Made by a program: the position numbers and the translations under genes. Source: an uncultured Verrucomicrobiae bacterium (lineage in GTDB: Bacteria > Verrucomicrobiota > Verrucomicrobiia > Chthoniobacterales > UBA10450). Taken from it: 64,000 nucleotides of DNA. Position 1 is the first letter of the stretch. Each line of letters opens with the position of its first letter. The notes under the pieces are model-generated. The model saw only the letters and a program-made list of their open reading frames with translations, did no database searches and was not told the origin of the DNA. The stretch spans positions 1,696,001-1,760,000 of the forward strand of contig CAVWPA010000003.1 in assembly GCA_963756875.1 (NCBI GenBank), given 5' to 3'. Positions 32,227 through 42,476 of the stretch are shown here, piece by piece.

Positions 32227-32311
32227 AGGCTATCACATTCCCTTGCCGGTCGCTGCCGGTCAGTTGCGTTTTTTTAGCGGCCAATTGCGCCGCCTCAGAC
32301 ACTTCGCGCCC

Positions 32312-33091
32312 TTACTGCCGGCTGTAAAAATCCACTCCCGAAAGCGTCGTGCCGGTTAATCCTATCCCCACCGCAAGCGTTCGTCCGTCCTCGGAAACTT
32401 GCAGTCGCTCTACATAAGCGAGTTTCCCGTTAACTTTGCCGAACATCTCGATTATCCCCGGGCCAACGCGCCGGGCCGAAACGGTGGAGCCCGGCGTGAC
32501 GTGCGGACCCTTATCCGGATAATCTTCGCCATCGAACTTCAGATCGACGCGCTCCCCGCTATCGCGGCTGATTAACGATAACCCGTCGCCCCCATACGGT
32601 TGGATCGACCAGTTGATCGGTTTATGGCGCCTGGGCGATACGCTTTCCCAGGTTCCGATCAATCCTGACGTTCCGGCAATTCGCCTTGCCGTATATTCGC
32701 TTTTGTAGGTCGAACCGTCGTTCTTAACACCTTCGGTAACCGAATTGAACGTTTGGTTGTCCGGGGAAACGGTCCAAATAGAACTGGAGATGATTTGACC
32801 GTTTAATTTATCGATGGATTTCCATTTATTGGGACCTATCCGCCTTAACGCCCAAGTCGTGCCGCCGCCAGTAGGGTGGTCCTCGCCGTCGAGAACGATC
32901 GTCTCCACCTTGTCGCCGGTGGTAAATCTGTATTTGTAGTTGCCGAGATCCTCGATCTTTTCCTGAACGCCCGCGAATCTGCTCTTGTCGGGTATCAGTT
33001 TCCAATTGCCAACAAATGGATTGTCAGCGGCACTCGCGCGAGCCGACAGCATGGAAAACAAAGATAGAATAATTAGATGGCGAATATTCAT
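32312..33091 (-). CDS. secreted hypothetical protein with two tandem beta-barrel-like repeats
   Basis: Signal peptide; internal duplication GNW..DGEDHP..RRIGP..VSPD / GTW..DGEDYP..RRVGP..VSED. Confidence 0.75.
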   Translation of the reverse strand: MNIRHLIILSLFSMLSARASAADNPFVGNWKLIPDKSRFAGVQEKIEDLGNYKYRFTTGDKVETIVLDGEDHPTGGGTTWALRRIGPNKWKSIDKLNGQIISSSIWTVSPDNQTFNSVTEGVKNDGSTYKSEYTARRIAGTSGLIGTWESVSPRRHKPINWSIQPYGGDGLSLISRDSGERVDLKFDGEDYPDKGPHVTPGSTVSARRVGPGIIEMFGKVNGKLAYVERLQVSEDGRTLAVGIGLTGTTLSGVDFYSRQ

Positions 33092-33308
33092 AATACGGAT
33101 GCGTCTCGTTGAAAGTTTAACGCGTCGCGCGTTTCAATCAATCTGCCAAGGTAAAAACCAGCTCGGCGACGGGGCCCGGAGGTTTCCGGTTTCAAATCCT
33201 GGAGATTGTTTCCGCCGACTCCCCGGATTGGCGTGGCGCCTGGGACAAAGCGAGGCGGCTACACCGGGGGGGATCTTGTGATTTCCTGCGCATCGCGTAA
33301 CTTCGCCG

Positions 33309-33815
33309 GTGCGACGTTGTCCGGGAAATCGACCGGTTCGCCCCGGGGTGGACCAGGCATTTACGTTGATCGAGATCGTTATCGCGATCTCCATTCTCGT
33401 GGTGGTGCTTCTTCTGGCGGTTCCGAGTCTGACCGGCGTCCTTGCGAACAATCGGCTGCGGCGTTCGCTCGATCGCTTTAACGGATTGGTGCATGAGGCG
33501 CAGGAACGGAGTGTCACCGAGCACCGCGCATATCTCATCGTGTGGGGCGATAAGGATATCGAGTTGCGTCCGGAGGTAGTCGGCAAAAAGGAAGAAGCAA
33601 ATCCGACCGACGGATTTCAACTGGCGCGCGGAGAAACCTTGACTCTGACGCTACCCGCCGCGCTGACCAAACATCCGCCAGCCCAATGGATATTCTGGCC
33701 GTCGGGAATATGCGAACCGGCGATTGTCGAGTTCAAAGGGCGCGACGGCGTGTGGAAAGCCGATTATTCTGCGCTGACCGCGCGCTCAGACCTCTTGAAT
33801 TATGCGACGCGCTAA
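33309..33815 (+). CDS. prepilin-type pseudopilin (GspH-like)
   Basis: AFTLIEIVIAI N-terminal methylation motif. Confidence 0.85.
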   Translation: MRRCPGNRPVRPGVDQAFTLIEIVIAISILVVVLLLAVPSLTGVLANNRLRRSLDRFNGLVHEAQERSVTEHRAYLIVWGDKDIELRPEVVGKKEEANPTDGFQLARGETLTLTLPAALTKHPPAQWIFWPSGICEPAIVEFKGRDGVWKADYSALTARSDLLNYATR

Positions 33816-34248
33816 AGACCGGACGAATCCGGCGGCCGGCATTCCGCATCGACGCGCTGCAAGAAAGCGCGCATTCGCCCTTTATGAGGTGCTGCTTGGC
33901 GTTGCGATTTTCGCCATTGGAGTTCTGGCGCTTGGCCGTGCAGTCCAAAATTGCCTCAACGCAAGCACGCTCAACGCAGAGGAAGAACGCGTTCGTCAGA
34001 TTTTATCGAATCGTATGGCGGAAATTCAGGCCACACCGGGATTTCCCGATTCGGCAAAGGAATCGAAAATCGATACCGGATACGGAGTTGTAAAGCTGAT
34101 CCAGAAAGCCGCCCCTGCTGGGTTGGAGGAAGATAACGTTCAACTTAACGGAATCGACGTGGTCACGTTGAGCGCGCAGTGGATGCGCGGCGGCGTCGCG
34201 CAATCGAGGCAGCTCCAGTTTTATGTCTATCGCGTCGGGGCAGGTTAA
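33802..34248 (+). CDS. pseudopilin (GspI-like)
   Basis: AFALYEVLLGVAI motif; position in cluster. Confidence 0.8.
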   Translation: MRRAKDRTNPAAGIPHRRAARKRAFALYEVLLGVAIFAIGVLALGRAVQNCLNASTLNAEEERVRQILSNRMAEIQATPGFPDSAKESKIDTGYGVVKLIQKAAPAGLEEDNVQLNGIDVVTLSAQWMRGGVAQSRQLQFYVYRVGAG

Positions 34249-34858
34249 TCGTGCCACACGCAGCGGGTTCACGTTGCTCGAAATCACGCTGGCGGTGGCG
34301 ATTCTGGCGATGATGGCGGTGGCCATTTATCGTTTCGTTCAAACCAATCTCGTCGCGATTCGTGTCTCGTCCGATGCCGCTCTGGAGGACGAGCGGTACG
34401 GTGGGTTGCGCGACCTGCTCACAGCACAATGGCAAAGCCTGGTTCCCGGTAACGGCCGGCTCCTGGGTGAACCTTATAAATTCAACGATCGTTCGCGCGA
34501 TGAGATCAGGTGGATTTGCGGCGCCGGCCCCGGGTTGCTGACCCGGTACGCGCCGGGCGATTTCATCGTTACGATGCGGCTGCAGCGGGAAAATGAGAAA
34601 AGCAACCGGCTCGATCTCGGATTCCTGCGAAAACCGAAAAACGATTCTGACATTGCCGGGGAAGAGGATAGCTGGGTGCCGCTGATCAAGAACGTCTCCA
34701 GTTTGCAGATTCGTTATTTCGATCCGCGTTTGAACACGTGGCTGAATCGATGGACCGATACGGTGACGTTGCCACGGCTGGTGAAGGTGGTGATTGGACG
34801 TCCCGGTAATGCGGCGCCGTGGGAGGTGATCATTCCGTTGGGACGGACCCCGCTATGA
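34223..34858 (+). CDS. pseudopilin (GspJ-like)
   Basis: GFTLLEITLAVAI; C-terminal W...LPRLVKV. Confidence 0.85.
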   Translation: MSIASGQVNRATRSGFTLLEITLAVAILAMMAVAIYRFVQTNLVAIRVSSDAALEDERYGGLRDLLTAQWQSLVPGNGRLLGEPYKFNDRSRDEIRWICGAGPGLLTRYAPGDFIVTMRLQRENEKSNRLDLGFLRKPKNDSDIAGEEDSWVPLIKNVSSLQIRYFDPRLNTWLNRWTDTVTLPRLVKVVIGRPGNAAPWEVIIPLGRTPL

Positions 34859-35775
34859 TAAAGAGGATGCCGATCTTGCGGTTGAAAAGAATTCGCGGCG
34901 CCGCGGTGATCCTTTCGCTCTGGGCGCTTTTCCTGCTCAGTGCGATGGTAATTTCATGGGCAGTAGACATTGGCTCGCGGCTGACGCTTTCCGGAAATGC
35001 CAATCGCCTTCTCGATGCGGAAGCGATGGCTTGCTCCGGTGCCGAGGTTGCATTGCATCCCGCGGTCAAACCGGGCTCGCCCAATCTGACCGGGGGACTG
35101 GGTCGCGGCAAAAGTTATGAGGCGCGTATCACCGGTGAGGGTGGCCGCTTGAATATAAACTGGCTCGTGGCGGGTGAAGATCCCGACAAGCTGGAGATTT
35201 TGGAGAAATATCTGCAAAACAAAGGTGTCGATCTAAATGAACGCGACCATATGATGGATTGTCTGCTCGACTGGGTCGATCCCGATAACCTCGTGCGTCT
35301 CAACGGCGCTGAGGAAGGCGAGGATTATCATCCGGCCAATACATTGTTTACGCGAATCGACGAGCTTAAAAAAGTGAAAGGCTGGACCGAGTTTACTTCC
35401 CATCCGGACTGGGACGAAGATTTCACGCTGAATAGCAGCGGGCCGATCGATGTGGCCTGGGCTTCGCGCGACGTGCTTTTGGCTTTGCCCGGAATGACGG
35501 AACAGCTGGTGGATCGATTCCTGGAAATCCGGCGCGGCCCGGACGGAATCGATGGGACAGCCGATGATGCACAGTTTAAAACCGTGGACGACGTGCGGGC
35601 GCAGCTCGGTTTTAACGAGGAACAGTTTAAAGAGCTCGCCAAGCTGATCTCATTTAAGGACCCGGTTTACCGCGTTGTCAGCGTTGGAAAAGCCGGCGAT
35701 GCCACGCGTACCGTGCAATTGGTGTTCCGGCGCGTCGGTGTTGTTTCGCAAGTCATCACCTGGAGGGAGTTTTAA
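34855..35775 (+). CDS. gspK: type II secretion protein GspK-like
   Basis: RGAAVILSLW, EGGRLNIN, LDWVDPD, NGAE, LLALPGM. Confidence 0.85.
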   Translation: MIKRMPILRLKRIRGAAVILSLWALFLLSAMVISWAVDIGSRLTLSGNANRLLDAEAMACSGAEVALHPAVKPGSPNLTGGLGRGKSYEARITGEGGRLNINWLVAGEDPDKLEILEKYLQNKGVDLNERDHMMDCLLDWVDPDNLVRLNGAEEGEDYHPANTLFTRIDELKKVKGWTEFTSHPDWDEDFTLNSSGPIDVAWASRDVLLALPGMTEQLVDRFLEIRRGPDGIDGTADDAQFKTVDDVRAQLGFNEEQFKELAKLISFKDPVYRVVSVGKAGDATRTVQLVFRRVGVVSQVITWREF

Positions 35776-35797
35776 TATCGAAGCGGGACCGACATCT

Positions 35798-37012
35798 GTG
35801 TTCATCACGCCGACGGCGCATGGCTGGAATCTTTTGCGGGCGTCGGCCAGTAACGGTTCCTGGGAAGTGCACCTGTTGCACACGCTCGATGAGGCGGTGC
35901 CGCTGTTGAAGGCGGAAGACGATCTCGTGCTCAGTCTTCCCGTGGCCGCGGTGCTGGCCCAGCGGTTTCGTCTGCCAACCGTCGATCCGTCGGAGTTTCC
36001 GGAAATGGTCCGCATTCAAATTGAGAAGGCCCTCCCGTTTTCTCCGGAGGAAGTGACGACCGACTTCGAAGTGATCGAACAAAATGAGACCGAAAGCGTG
36101 ATTTCTGCGGTCGCGGTCCGCAACGAACGGTTGGCGGAAATCGCGGCGCCTTTGATCGAACGGGGTTTTATTCCGCGACAGGTGACCGTGTATGCCGCGC
36201 AACGGGCCAGCACGCACGCGCCGAAGGGCCGCGCGCTGCTTATCTATCCGGAAGGCGAAACGCTCGTTTCCGCTGTCACGGAGAATGGAAAAGTAAGCAT
36301 GGCTAAGACTTTGAATGGCGTGGAACCGGCACAATTGCAGATGGAACTGCCGCAGCTGACGTTGAGCGCGGAGTTGCAGGGGATCACAGGCTCGTTCCCG
36401 AATGTGTTGCTGGACGAGACTTGTTACGAACTGCGCGACACTGTGCAGGGGATCCTGAACGAGCGCGCCGAGATTGTGAGCGTCGAAACGCCGCCTGTCC
36501 CCGTTAAGCTCAATCTTCTTCCCGAAAGTTGGAAGCAGCGGCGATTGCAAATCGTCAGGCGAGGGGAATGGCGCAAACGCCTCATTCAGGCCGGAGGCGT
36601 GTATGCCGGCCTCCTGTTGCTTTTCCTTGCTTATTTCGGCTATGAACGATTTCAAATTGCGCGGCTTGATCGGCTGATTGCGCGCGACGAGCCGCAGACC
36701 CAGTTCGTTCGCGCGACGGAATCGACCTGGAAGGCGCTGGCTCCGGCCATCGATACGCGATATTACCCGGTCGAAATTCTATTGCATCTCTACGAGAGCA
36801 TTCCGTCGCGGGACGTGCGTATCACCGCTTATAATCAATCGGCGCGCCAAATTTCAATCGATGGCGAAGCCAACTCCGCCGCGCTCGCTTATCAATTTGC
36901 CGATAAAGTGAAAAAGAATCCCGGTCTCCAGATTTTTCGATTCGACATGGCAGCTCCGCGCATTTTACCGAACGATCACGCCCAGTTTCGCCTGGAGGGA
37001 AAACCGCGATGA
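35798..37012 (+). CDS. GspL/PilM-PilN-like assembly platform protein (start uncertain)
   Basis: Actin-like N-terminus (LPTVD..E..MV..Q.EK.LPF), LNLLP motif, single TM, periplasmic domain. Confidence 0.75.
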   Translation: MFITPTAHGWNLLRASASNGSWEVHLLHTLDEAVPLLKAEDDLVLSLPVAAVLAQRFRLPTVDPSEFPEMVRIQIEKALPFSPEEVTTDFEVIEQNETESVISAVAVRNERLAEIAAPLIERGFIPRQVTVYAAQRASTHAPKGRALLIYPEGETLVSAVTENGKVSMAKTLNGVEPAQLQMELPQLTLSAELQGITGSFPNVLLDETCYELRDTVQGILNERAEIVSVETPPVPVKLNLLPESWKQRRLQIVRRGEWRKRLIQAGGVYAGLLLLFLAYFGYERFQIARLDRLIARDEPQTQFVRATESTWKALAPAIDTRYYPVEILLHLYESIPSRDVRITAYNQSARQISIDGEANSAALAYQFADKVKKNPGLQIFRFDMAAPRILPNDHAQFRLEGKPR

Positions 37013-37569
37013 CGATTCAGGCATGGTTCGAGCGAATGAATCAGCGCGAGCGAATGCTATCGCTCGCTGTCGCGGCCGTCATTTTTGTGCTCTTGAATTT
37101 TTTTATTTGGAGCTGGCTGCTCGGCACCATTGGCCAGGCGCGGTCGGAGCTGGCTGTTCGCCGCGACAGGCTCAAGGAACAGGAGGTATTTGTTAAGGAG
37201 CGGGCGCTTTGGACGAAACGAGACCAGTGGCTGCAGAAGCATCAGCCAGTCTTGAAAAATTCGGGAGAAGCGCAAACCGGGTTGCTCGACCAGCTTAAAC
37301 AGATCGCCGGCAAGTATAATATCTTGATTGAAAACCCGGCCATCGGTCCGGGAGAGACAACGCCGAATCATCAGGCTGTTTTTGCGTCGATCGAAACGAA
37401 AAGCGCGTGGCCGCCTCTCGTACACTTTCTTTATGACGTGCAGCAGCCGGACTCATTTATCGCGTTTGATTCGGTCAATCTCATGATCGACAGCAATGAT
37501 CCGACGATGATGCGCGGTAGATTTAAGATCGCGCGCTGGTTTGCGCCGGTCGGACGCAAGAAAGGGTGA
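37009..37569 (+). CDS. GspM/PilO-like protein
   Basis: MNQRERMLS + TM + coiled coil; follows the GspL-like gene. Confidence 0.7.
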   Translation: MTIQAWFERMNQRERMLSLAVAAVIFVLLNFFIWSWLLGTIGQARSELAVRRDRLKEQEVFVKERALWTKRDQWLQKHQPVLKNSGEAQTGLLDQLKQIAGKYNILIENPAIGPGETTPNHQAVFASIETKSAWPPLVHFLYDVQQPDSFIAFDSVNLMIDSNDPTMMRGRFKIARWFAPVGRKKG

Positions 37570-38168
37570 CTATTATGAGAGGGTCACTCCTGCTTTTATT
37601 ACTCCTTGCCTTGATCGGCGTCCTACCGAGCCGGGGTGATGATGATTTGCCGAAGCGATTCAACTTCTCTCGCTATCAGGCCATGCTGGATCACTCGCCC
37701 TTCGCCGTGGCTACCGCTGTCGTGTTGCCGGCGGCCACGCCGGAAGTCTTTAAGGACCTTTACGTCGCCAACGTTGCGCACACGCCGGAGGCCGATCTGG
37801 TAACTGTTGTGTCGAACGCCGATAAAAACCTGAAAGAATATCTTTCGACGGCCGGGCCTAACGAACACGGTTATTCCGTCTCCAATATCGAATGGTCCGA
37901 CCAGCCCGGCGCGACCAGGGTTACCATCGGCAAGGACGGAAAATTTGTCACCCTCAGCTTTAACCAGGCTTTGCTCAGCGCACCGTTGCCCGTGGCGCCG
38001 ACGCGTCCTCAGCCGCAAAGGATTATTCCGCGGCCGACCCCGGCCATGAATAGGCCCAGGATCCCCAGCTCGATACGTATTCCGCCCTTGCCGACACGGA
38101 CTCCACACATACGCGGCGTCATTCCCAGAAATCCGGCGGCAAACGTTCGTCCACCGGCCCAGCAGTAG
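37566..38168 (+). CDS. secreted hypothetical protein with Pro/Arg-rich tail
   Basis: Signal peptide, low-complexity C-terminus; overlaps upstream stop. Confidence 0.7.
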   Translation: MTIMRGSLLLLLLLALIGVLPSRGDDDLPKRFNFSRYQAMLDHSPFAVATAVVLPAATPEVFKDLYVANVAHTPEADLVTVVSNADKNLKEYLSTAGPNEHGYSVSNIEWSDQPGATRVTIGKDGKFVTLSFNQALLSAPLPVAPTRPQPQRIIPRPTPAMNRPRIPSSIRIPPLPTRTPHIRGVIPRNPAANVRPPAQQ

Positions 38169-38197
38169 AGCCTTAACTGAGGGCGATGGAATCTTCG

Positions 38198-38614
38198 CTA
38201 CCGGCCCCAGTCGTCATCCGCAGTATCGGGAGTCCGATCCGGGCCTGCTGAAAAAAGGTCGTAACCACTCGGATTCTTGATTCCGGGGCATCGATAAACG
38301 TACTCCATAGCCCATGGATCTTTCGGGACGCTGTCCATCAATTGAGTCCACTGTTCTGGGATTGGATCGGTGTCCGGCCTAACGACGAGCGCCTTCAGGC
38401 CCTGATCCGTGGTTGGATAAAAACCATTTCGTCCTGAGTACGCCAGTAACATGGTTCTTATTCCCTGAATGTCGGCTTCGATTCGCGTTTTCTTCGCGAC
38501 ATCGACACTCGGGCCCATTTTGTAAATCGCTGCACCAAGAAGGAGCGCGATGATTGTGACCACGAGCATGATCTCGAGCAGCGTGAAGCCGCTCTGTTTG
38601 CGGGTTATTCTCAT
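38198..38614 (-). CDS. gspG: major pseudopilin GspG
   Basis: GFTLLEIMLVV, YPTTDQGLKAL, PKDPW, YDLFSAGPD. Confidence 0.93.
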   Translation of the reverse strand: MRITRKQSGFTLLEIMLVVTIIALLLGAAIYKMGPSVDVAKKTRIEADIQGIRTMLLAYSGRNGFYPTTDQGLKALVVRPDTDPIPEQWTQLMDSVPKDPWAMEYVYRCPGIKNPSGYDLFSAGPDRTPDTADDDWGR

Positions 38615-38686
38615 ACAAGCCTGAAATCCGGGCTGCGAATATAGCACAAACGAACTCCTGCGCCGGGCGATTCTTCCACAACTGTC

Positions 38687-39769
38687 TTAATGGCCGGCTT
38701 GCAGAACGTAATCGGATTTCTCCCAAAGATATTTTAGCTGAATCTGTGTTCCACGGATCGCCGATGCTGCGGTTCCACTTCCGCTGAGAACCACCAGGTC
38801 ATTTGTGCCGGCCTTTAAATTTGCGACCGGAATAATTTTCTGTGCCCGCAGCCAGCCGGTGTACTGAAACTGCATTTGGTTCACGAGCGGCTCCATCTGG
38901 CCCCGATAACCGGGATCGGCGAGTTCCGGCAGGGTCAGCGTAACCGGCCCGACGTCTTCGCCGTTCACGTAAACTTCGGGCGGCACATCGATGCGCGGGC
39001 TGGCTACTTCAAACGTAAGCAGAGCAAGCAACGGTTGCGCTTCGATACCGAATTGAAACGCCGCGCCTTGCTGGACGCTCGGTCCGATCCGGATGGTATC
39101 CGGGGAGAGCGACGCAGTGACGCTCCCAAACTGTGCCGTATCCTGTGTCGGCGATTGCAACGGCGGCAGCGATGAAAACGGTTGCGGGATCACCTCCTGG
39201 TGTCTGGCATTGAGCGGATGCACCACTTCGGTGCTCGTCATCCAATTGAGATAGGCACCACGGACGGTCTTGCCGTCTCCCGGAACTTCGATATCGATGG
39301 CAGAAATTCCGTTCATCGGAATCATGGCCGAATCGGAGGTTGGCAAATCGATCCCCGACCCGAGCTGGCCGGAACGCAAAACTTCGCTGCCTGATTCGTC
39401 CCACGCGACCAATTCCGGCCGCGCGCCCGGTTTGTCGTCGAAGAAAAGACGGAGAAACAAGACTTGATAGTCTCCCGGCGGATGCGCGACCCGGATTCGA
39501 AAAACAGTTTTGGGCGCCCCCTCTGTTGTTACGCTCGGCGTCATGGATACGGCTTCGACCCAGTCCGGCGCGCTTTGTGTCCCGGGATGTCCGTTTTGCC
39601 GAAGATCGATCCAGGCGCTGTCCGGGGTCGTTTTCCCCAGGGTGACAGCTGCCTGGGACTGGGGTTGAGACAGGCCGCCAGTAAACGCTTCCTGGGCATG
39701 TAGAGAGACTGCGCCGCCGAGCATGAGCGCGAACGCAACAGAGCGAAGAAGCATCTGGGACTTCGACAT
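38687..39769 (-). CDS. secreted hypothetical protein
   Basis: 360 aa, signal peptide ending LHA; between gspF and gspG. Confidence 0.75.
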   Translation of the reverse strand: MSKSQMLLRSVAFALMLGGAVSLHAQEAFTGGLSQPQSQAAVTLGKTTPDSAWIDLRQNGHPGTQSAPDWVEAVSMTPSVTTEGAPKTVFRIRVAHPPGDYQVLFLRLFFDDKPGARPELVAWDESGSEVLRSGQLGSGIDLPTSDSAMIPMNGISAIDIEVPGDGKTVRGAYLNWMTSTEVVHPLNARHQEVIPQPFSSLPPLQSPTQDTAQFGSVTASLSPDTIRIGPSVQQGAAFQFGIEAQPLLALLTFEVASPRIDVPPEVYVNGEDVGPVTLTLPELADPGYRGQMEPLVNQMQFQYTGWLRAQKIIPVANLKAGTNDLVVLSGSGTAASAIRGTQIQLKYLWEKSDYVLQAGH

Positions 39770-39773
39770 TACT

Positions 39774-41027
39774 TCAATGCGGACGGAACTGCAAGCTGCG
39801 TGTCATTTCAAACACGGCCGAGAGAATGCTGTAAACGACAGCACCCACCACGATGGCGATGAGCACTACGATAACAATCGGAATCAGCGTCGAAATCACG
39901 CCCACGGTGCGATCGAGCTCGCGTTCGTAGACGTCCGCAATCGTTTGCATCGACCCGGCGAATTGTCCGTGTCCGGTTTGTTCGCCCACCGCCATCATGT
40001 CGGTAAACAAATCGGGAAACAGATGTTGCGCGCTCAACGCGCTCGACAGTGTGGCTCCATCGATCACCGCGCGCCGCACTTCGGTCAGTTTTGATTCGAG
40101 AAATTTGTTGCCCGCGATTTCCGAAACGAGATCGAGTGCACGGAGGAGGGGAACTCCATTCTCTATTAGAGTACCCAGCGTCCGCGAAAACTGAGCGTAG
40201 TAACGATGCCGAATCAATCGCCCATAACCCGGAATGCTGAGACGGAACCGGTCCCACGTGATGCGCCCTTCCGGTGTCCGCACGAACGCGCGAAAGCCCG
40301 TGATACCGCCTGCGACAAGGAGCGCGACAAGCCACCAGTAAGAGGTGATCGCATGATGAACTCCCAGCAACATGCGGGTGGCCAACGGCAGGGTGGCGTT
40401 GTTCTGCGACATGAAAGCAGTCAATTGCGGCACCATGAACGTGATGAAAATGGTGATCAGGGCGATGCCGGCCACGGCCAGCGCGGCCGGATAGATCAAC
40501 GCCAGTTGCACGCGATCGCGCAGGTTTTTCGCCTGCATTAAATGTTTTACCAGCCGGTGTAAAATATCGGGAAGCGCGCCGCTCGCTTCGCCGGCCGCTA
40601 CCAGGTTCACATAAAGCGGAGGAAAAATTCGTGGGAAATCGCGCAGCGCTTGCGAAAAACTCCGGCCATCGACTAATGCCTGATGCAGCGCCCGCGTCAT
40701 TTGCTGCAGGCCCGGCCGCTTCAGACGCTTTTCCAGGATGGACAATCCTTCGTCCAGTGTCATGCCTGCTTGAAGCAAGTGCGCCAGTTGCTCGGTAAAA
40801 AGAAGCGCCTGGCTGTGCGGGATCTTCAGATTCTGCGTTGCAGGCGCGATCGGAGGCTTTTCACCGACGACAGCTCTTTCGGGTGCCCCGCCGACGATGT
40901 CGATCTTAATTGGAATGCAGTGCTGTTGCTCGATTTGGCGAATGGCGACGGCGCGGTCCGCGCATTCCAGTACGCCTTCGACCAGACCGCCGCTGGCATT
41001 GCGCGCTCGATAAGCAAACTGTGGCAT
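39774..41027 (-). CDS. gspF: type II secretion inner-membrane platform GspF/PilC
   Basis: MPQFAYRA, FTEQLAHLLQAG, AGEASG, MAVGEQTG. Confidence 0.93.
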   Translation of the reverse strand: MPQFAYRARNASGGLVEGVLECADRAVAIRQIEQQHCIPIKIDIVGGAPERAVVGEKPPIAPATQNLKIPHSQALLFTEQLAHLLQAGMTLDEGLSILEKRLKRPGLQQMTRALHQALVDGRSFSQALRDFPRIFPPLYVNLVAAGEASGALPDILHRLVKHLMQAKNLRDRVQLALIYPAALAVAGIALITIFITFMVPQLTAFMSQNNATLPLATRMLLGVHHAITSYWWLVALLVAGGITGFRAFVRTPEGRITWDRFRLSIPGYGRLIRHRYYAQFSRTLGTLIENGVPLLRALDLVSEIAGNKFLESKLTEVRRAVIDGATLSSALSAQHLFPDLFTDMMAVGEQTGHGQFAGSMQTIADVYERELDRTVGVISTLIPIVIVVLIAIVVGAVVYSILSAVFEMTRSLQFRPH

Positions 41028-41150
41028 CGGCTGGAAAAGTAATCCGAATTCTCAAACCTTAAACATGAAACAGTTGGGATTGGGAGCGCCACCCGTTGCT
41101 GTGTCGAGGACCGGAATCGGGATTTGTCTCGGGGCCGGGATCGATTGTTC

Positions 41151-42415
41151 TCAGCCGGCCAGCGTCGCCCAGATAATCAAGCCTCCCAACGCTGCCAGCG
41201 TCACCGGTACGCCCAACCGTTCGAAATCGCGGAAGGAAATTCGAATGCCGAGTTCGCGGGCTTGCTGCACCACGATGATGTTGGAGACACTTCCGACGAT
41301 GAGGAGACTTCCGCCGAAACTGTTGGCCAGCGCCAAAATGTAGGCCGCCGTCGGTTGGGAGAGATTGATCATCTTGATCAGCAGCATCACCGCGGGCGCG
41401 TTGTTGATTAGATTGGATAGTGCCGCTGTCGTCAGCGCGAGCTGGATCGGCGCGTTGAGATTGAAACCGACATGCGTCAGCCATTGCACCGCCTGCTCGC
41501 CGTACCCCGTGGATTCAAACGCGCCAGTCACAACAAATAATCCCAAAAAGAGAACGAGGATCGACCAGTCCACGAGGCCGAGAAGCTGGTCTGTGCGGAA
41601 CTTGGGACTGGCAAGGTGAATCGCCGCAGCGGCGAGAACGATGATTTCTCTGGGCCACGACGTGAAGAACAGACCGACCACCAATATCAGAATGACAAGA
41701 CCCTTGACTGTGTGCGTGCGATCAAATGGGTAACTTTCGCCATCTGCGTGCGCTTGGAGCGGGCGCTGTCAGCTGAAGGTTCTTGCGCGACATCATCCAG
41801 ATGATTCCGTAACCGGCGCCCATGGCGAAGAGTACAGGAATGATGCTCCATAAAAGATAGCGGCCGAAGTTCAGGTCCGCGACCTGTCCGATCAGCATGT
41901 CCTGCGGGTTGCCGACTAAAGTGGCAGCCGCGCCGATATTGCTGGAAATCGCGAGCGCAATCAGAAATGGAACCGGGTTGAGTTTTCGGCGAAGCAGAGC
42001 CAAGGCGACAACGGGCGTAAAAGCGTAGCAAACGATGTCGTGATTGAGAAAGGCGGACAGCCCGCCCGTTACCGCCATTAAAACGAGAAGAAAACGCGCC
42101 GGATGTCCAAGTCGCGCGGAAATCGCCATCGGCCACTTTATTGTAAAATCCGGAGAGCCGGAGTTGGGCTGAGATAACAAAAAAACCGAACAGCAGGAGG
42201 ATTGTCGGCCAGTTAACGCTGGCAATCGCGCCTTGGATGGAGATGCCGCCAAAGATCATCATCGCGATTGCCCCCAGGAGAACGATGCCGACGCGATTGA
42301 GTTTCAAGCCCGGCACGCGACCGATCGCGATGCCCAGATAGGTGACCGCGAAGATGGCCAGGACGATCGCCTTGGAAGGTGCGTTCAGCGTTGCGATGCC
42401 GAGCAAAGCGAACAT
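41151..42415 (-). CDS. SLC13/ArsB-NhaD anion permease (two +1 frameshifts near 42130 and 41750)
   Basis: GRVPGLKLNR, SNIGAAATLVGNPQ, LSNLINNAPA, NSFGGSLLIVGSVSNIIV across three frames. Confidence 0.85.
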
Positions 42416-42476
42416 GGGTAGGACCGCTACGTTACCCGCGGATTGTTCGACTTGTCTCTGTTTTTATCTCGGAATC

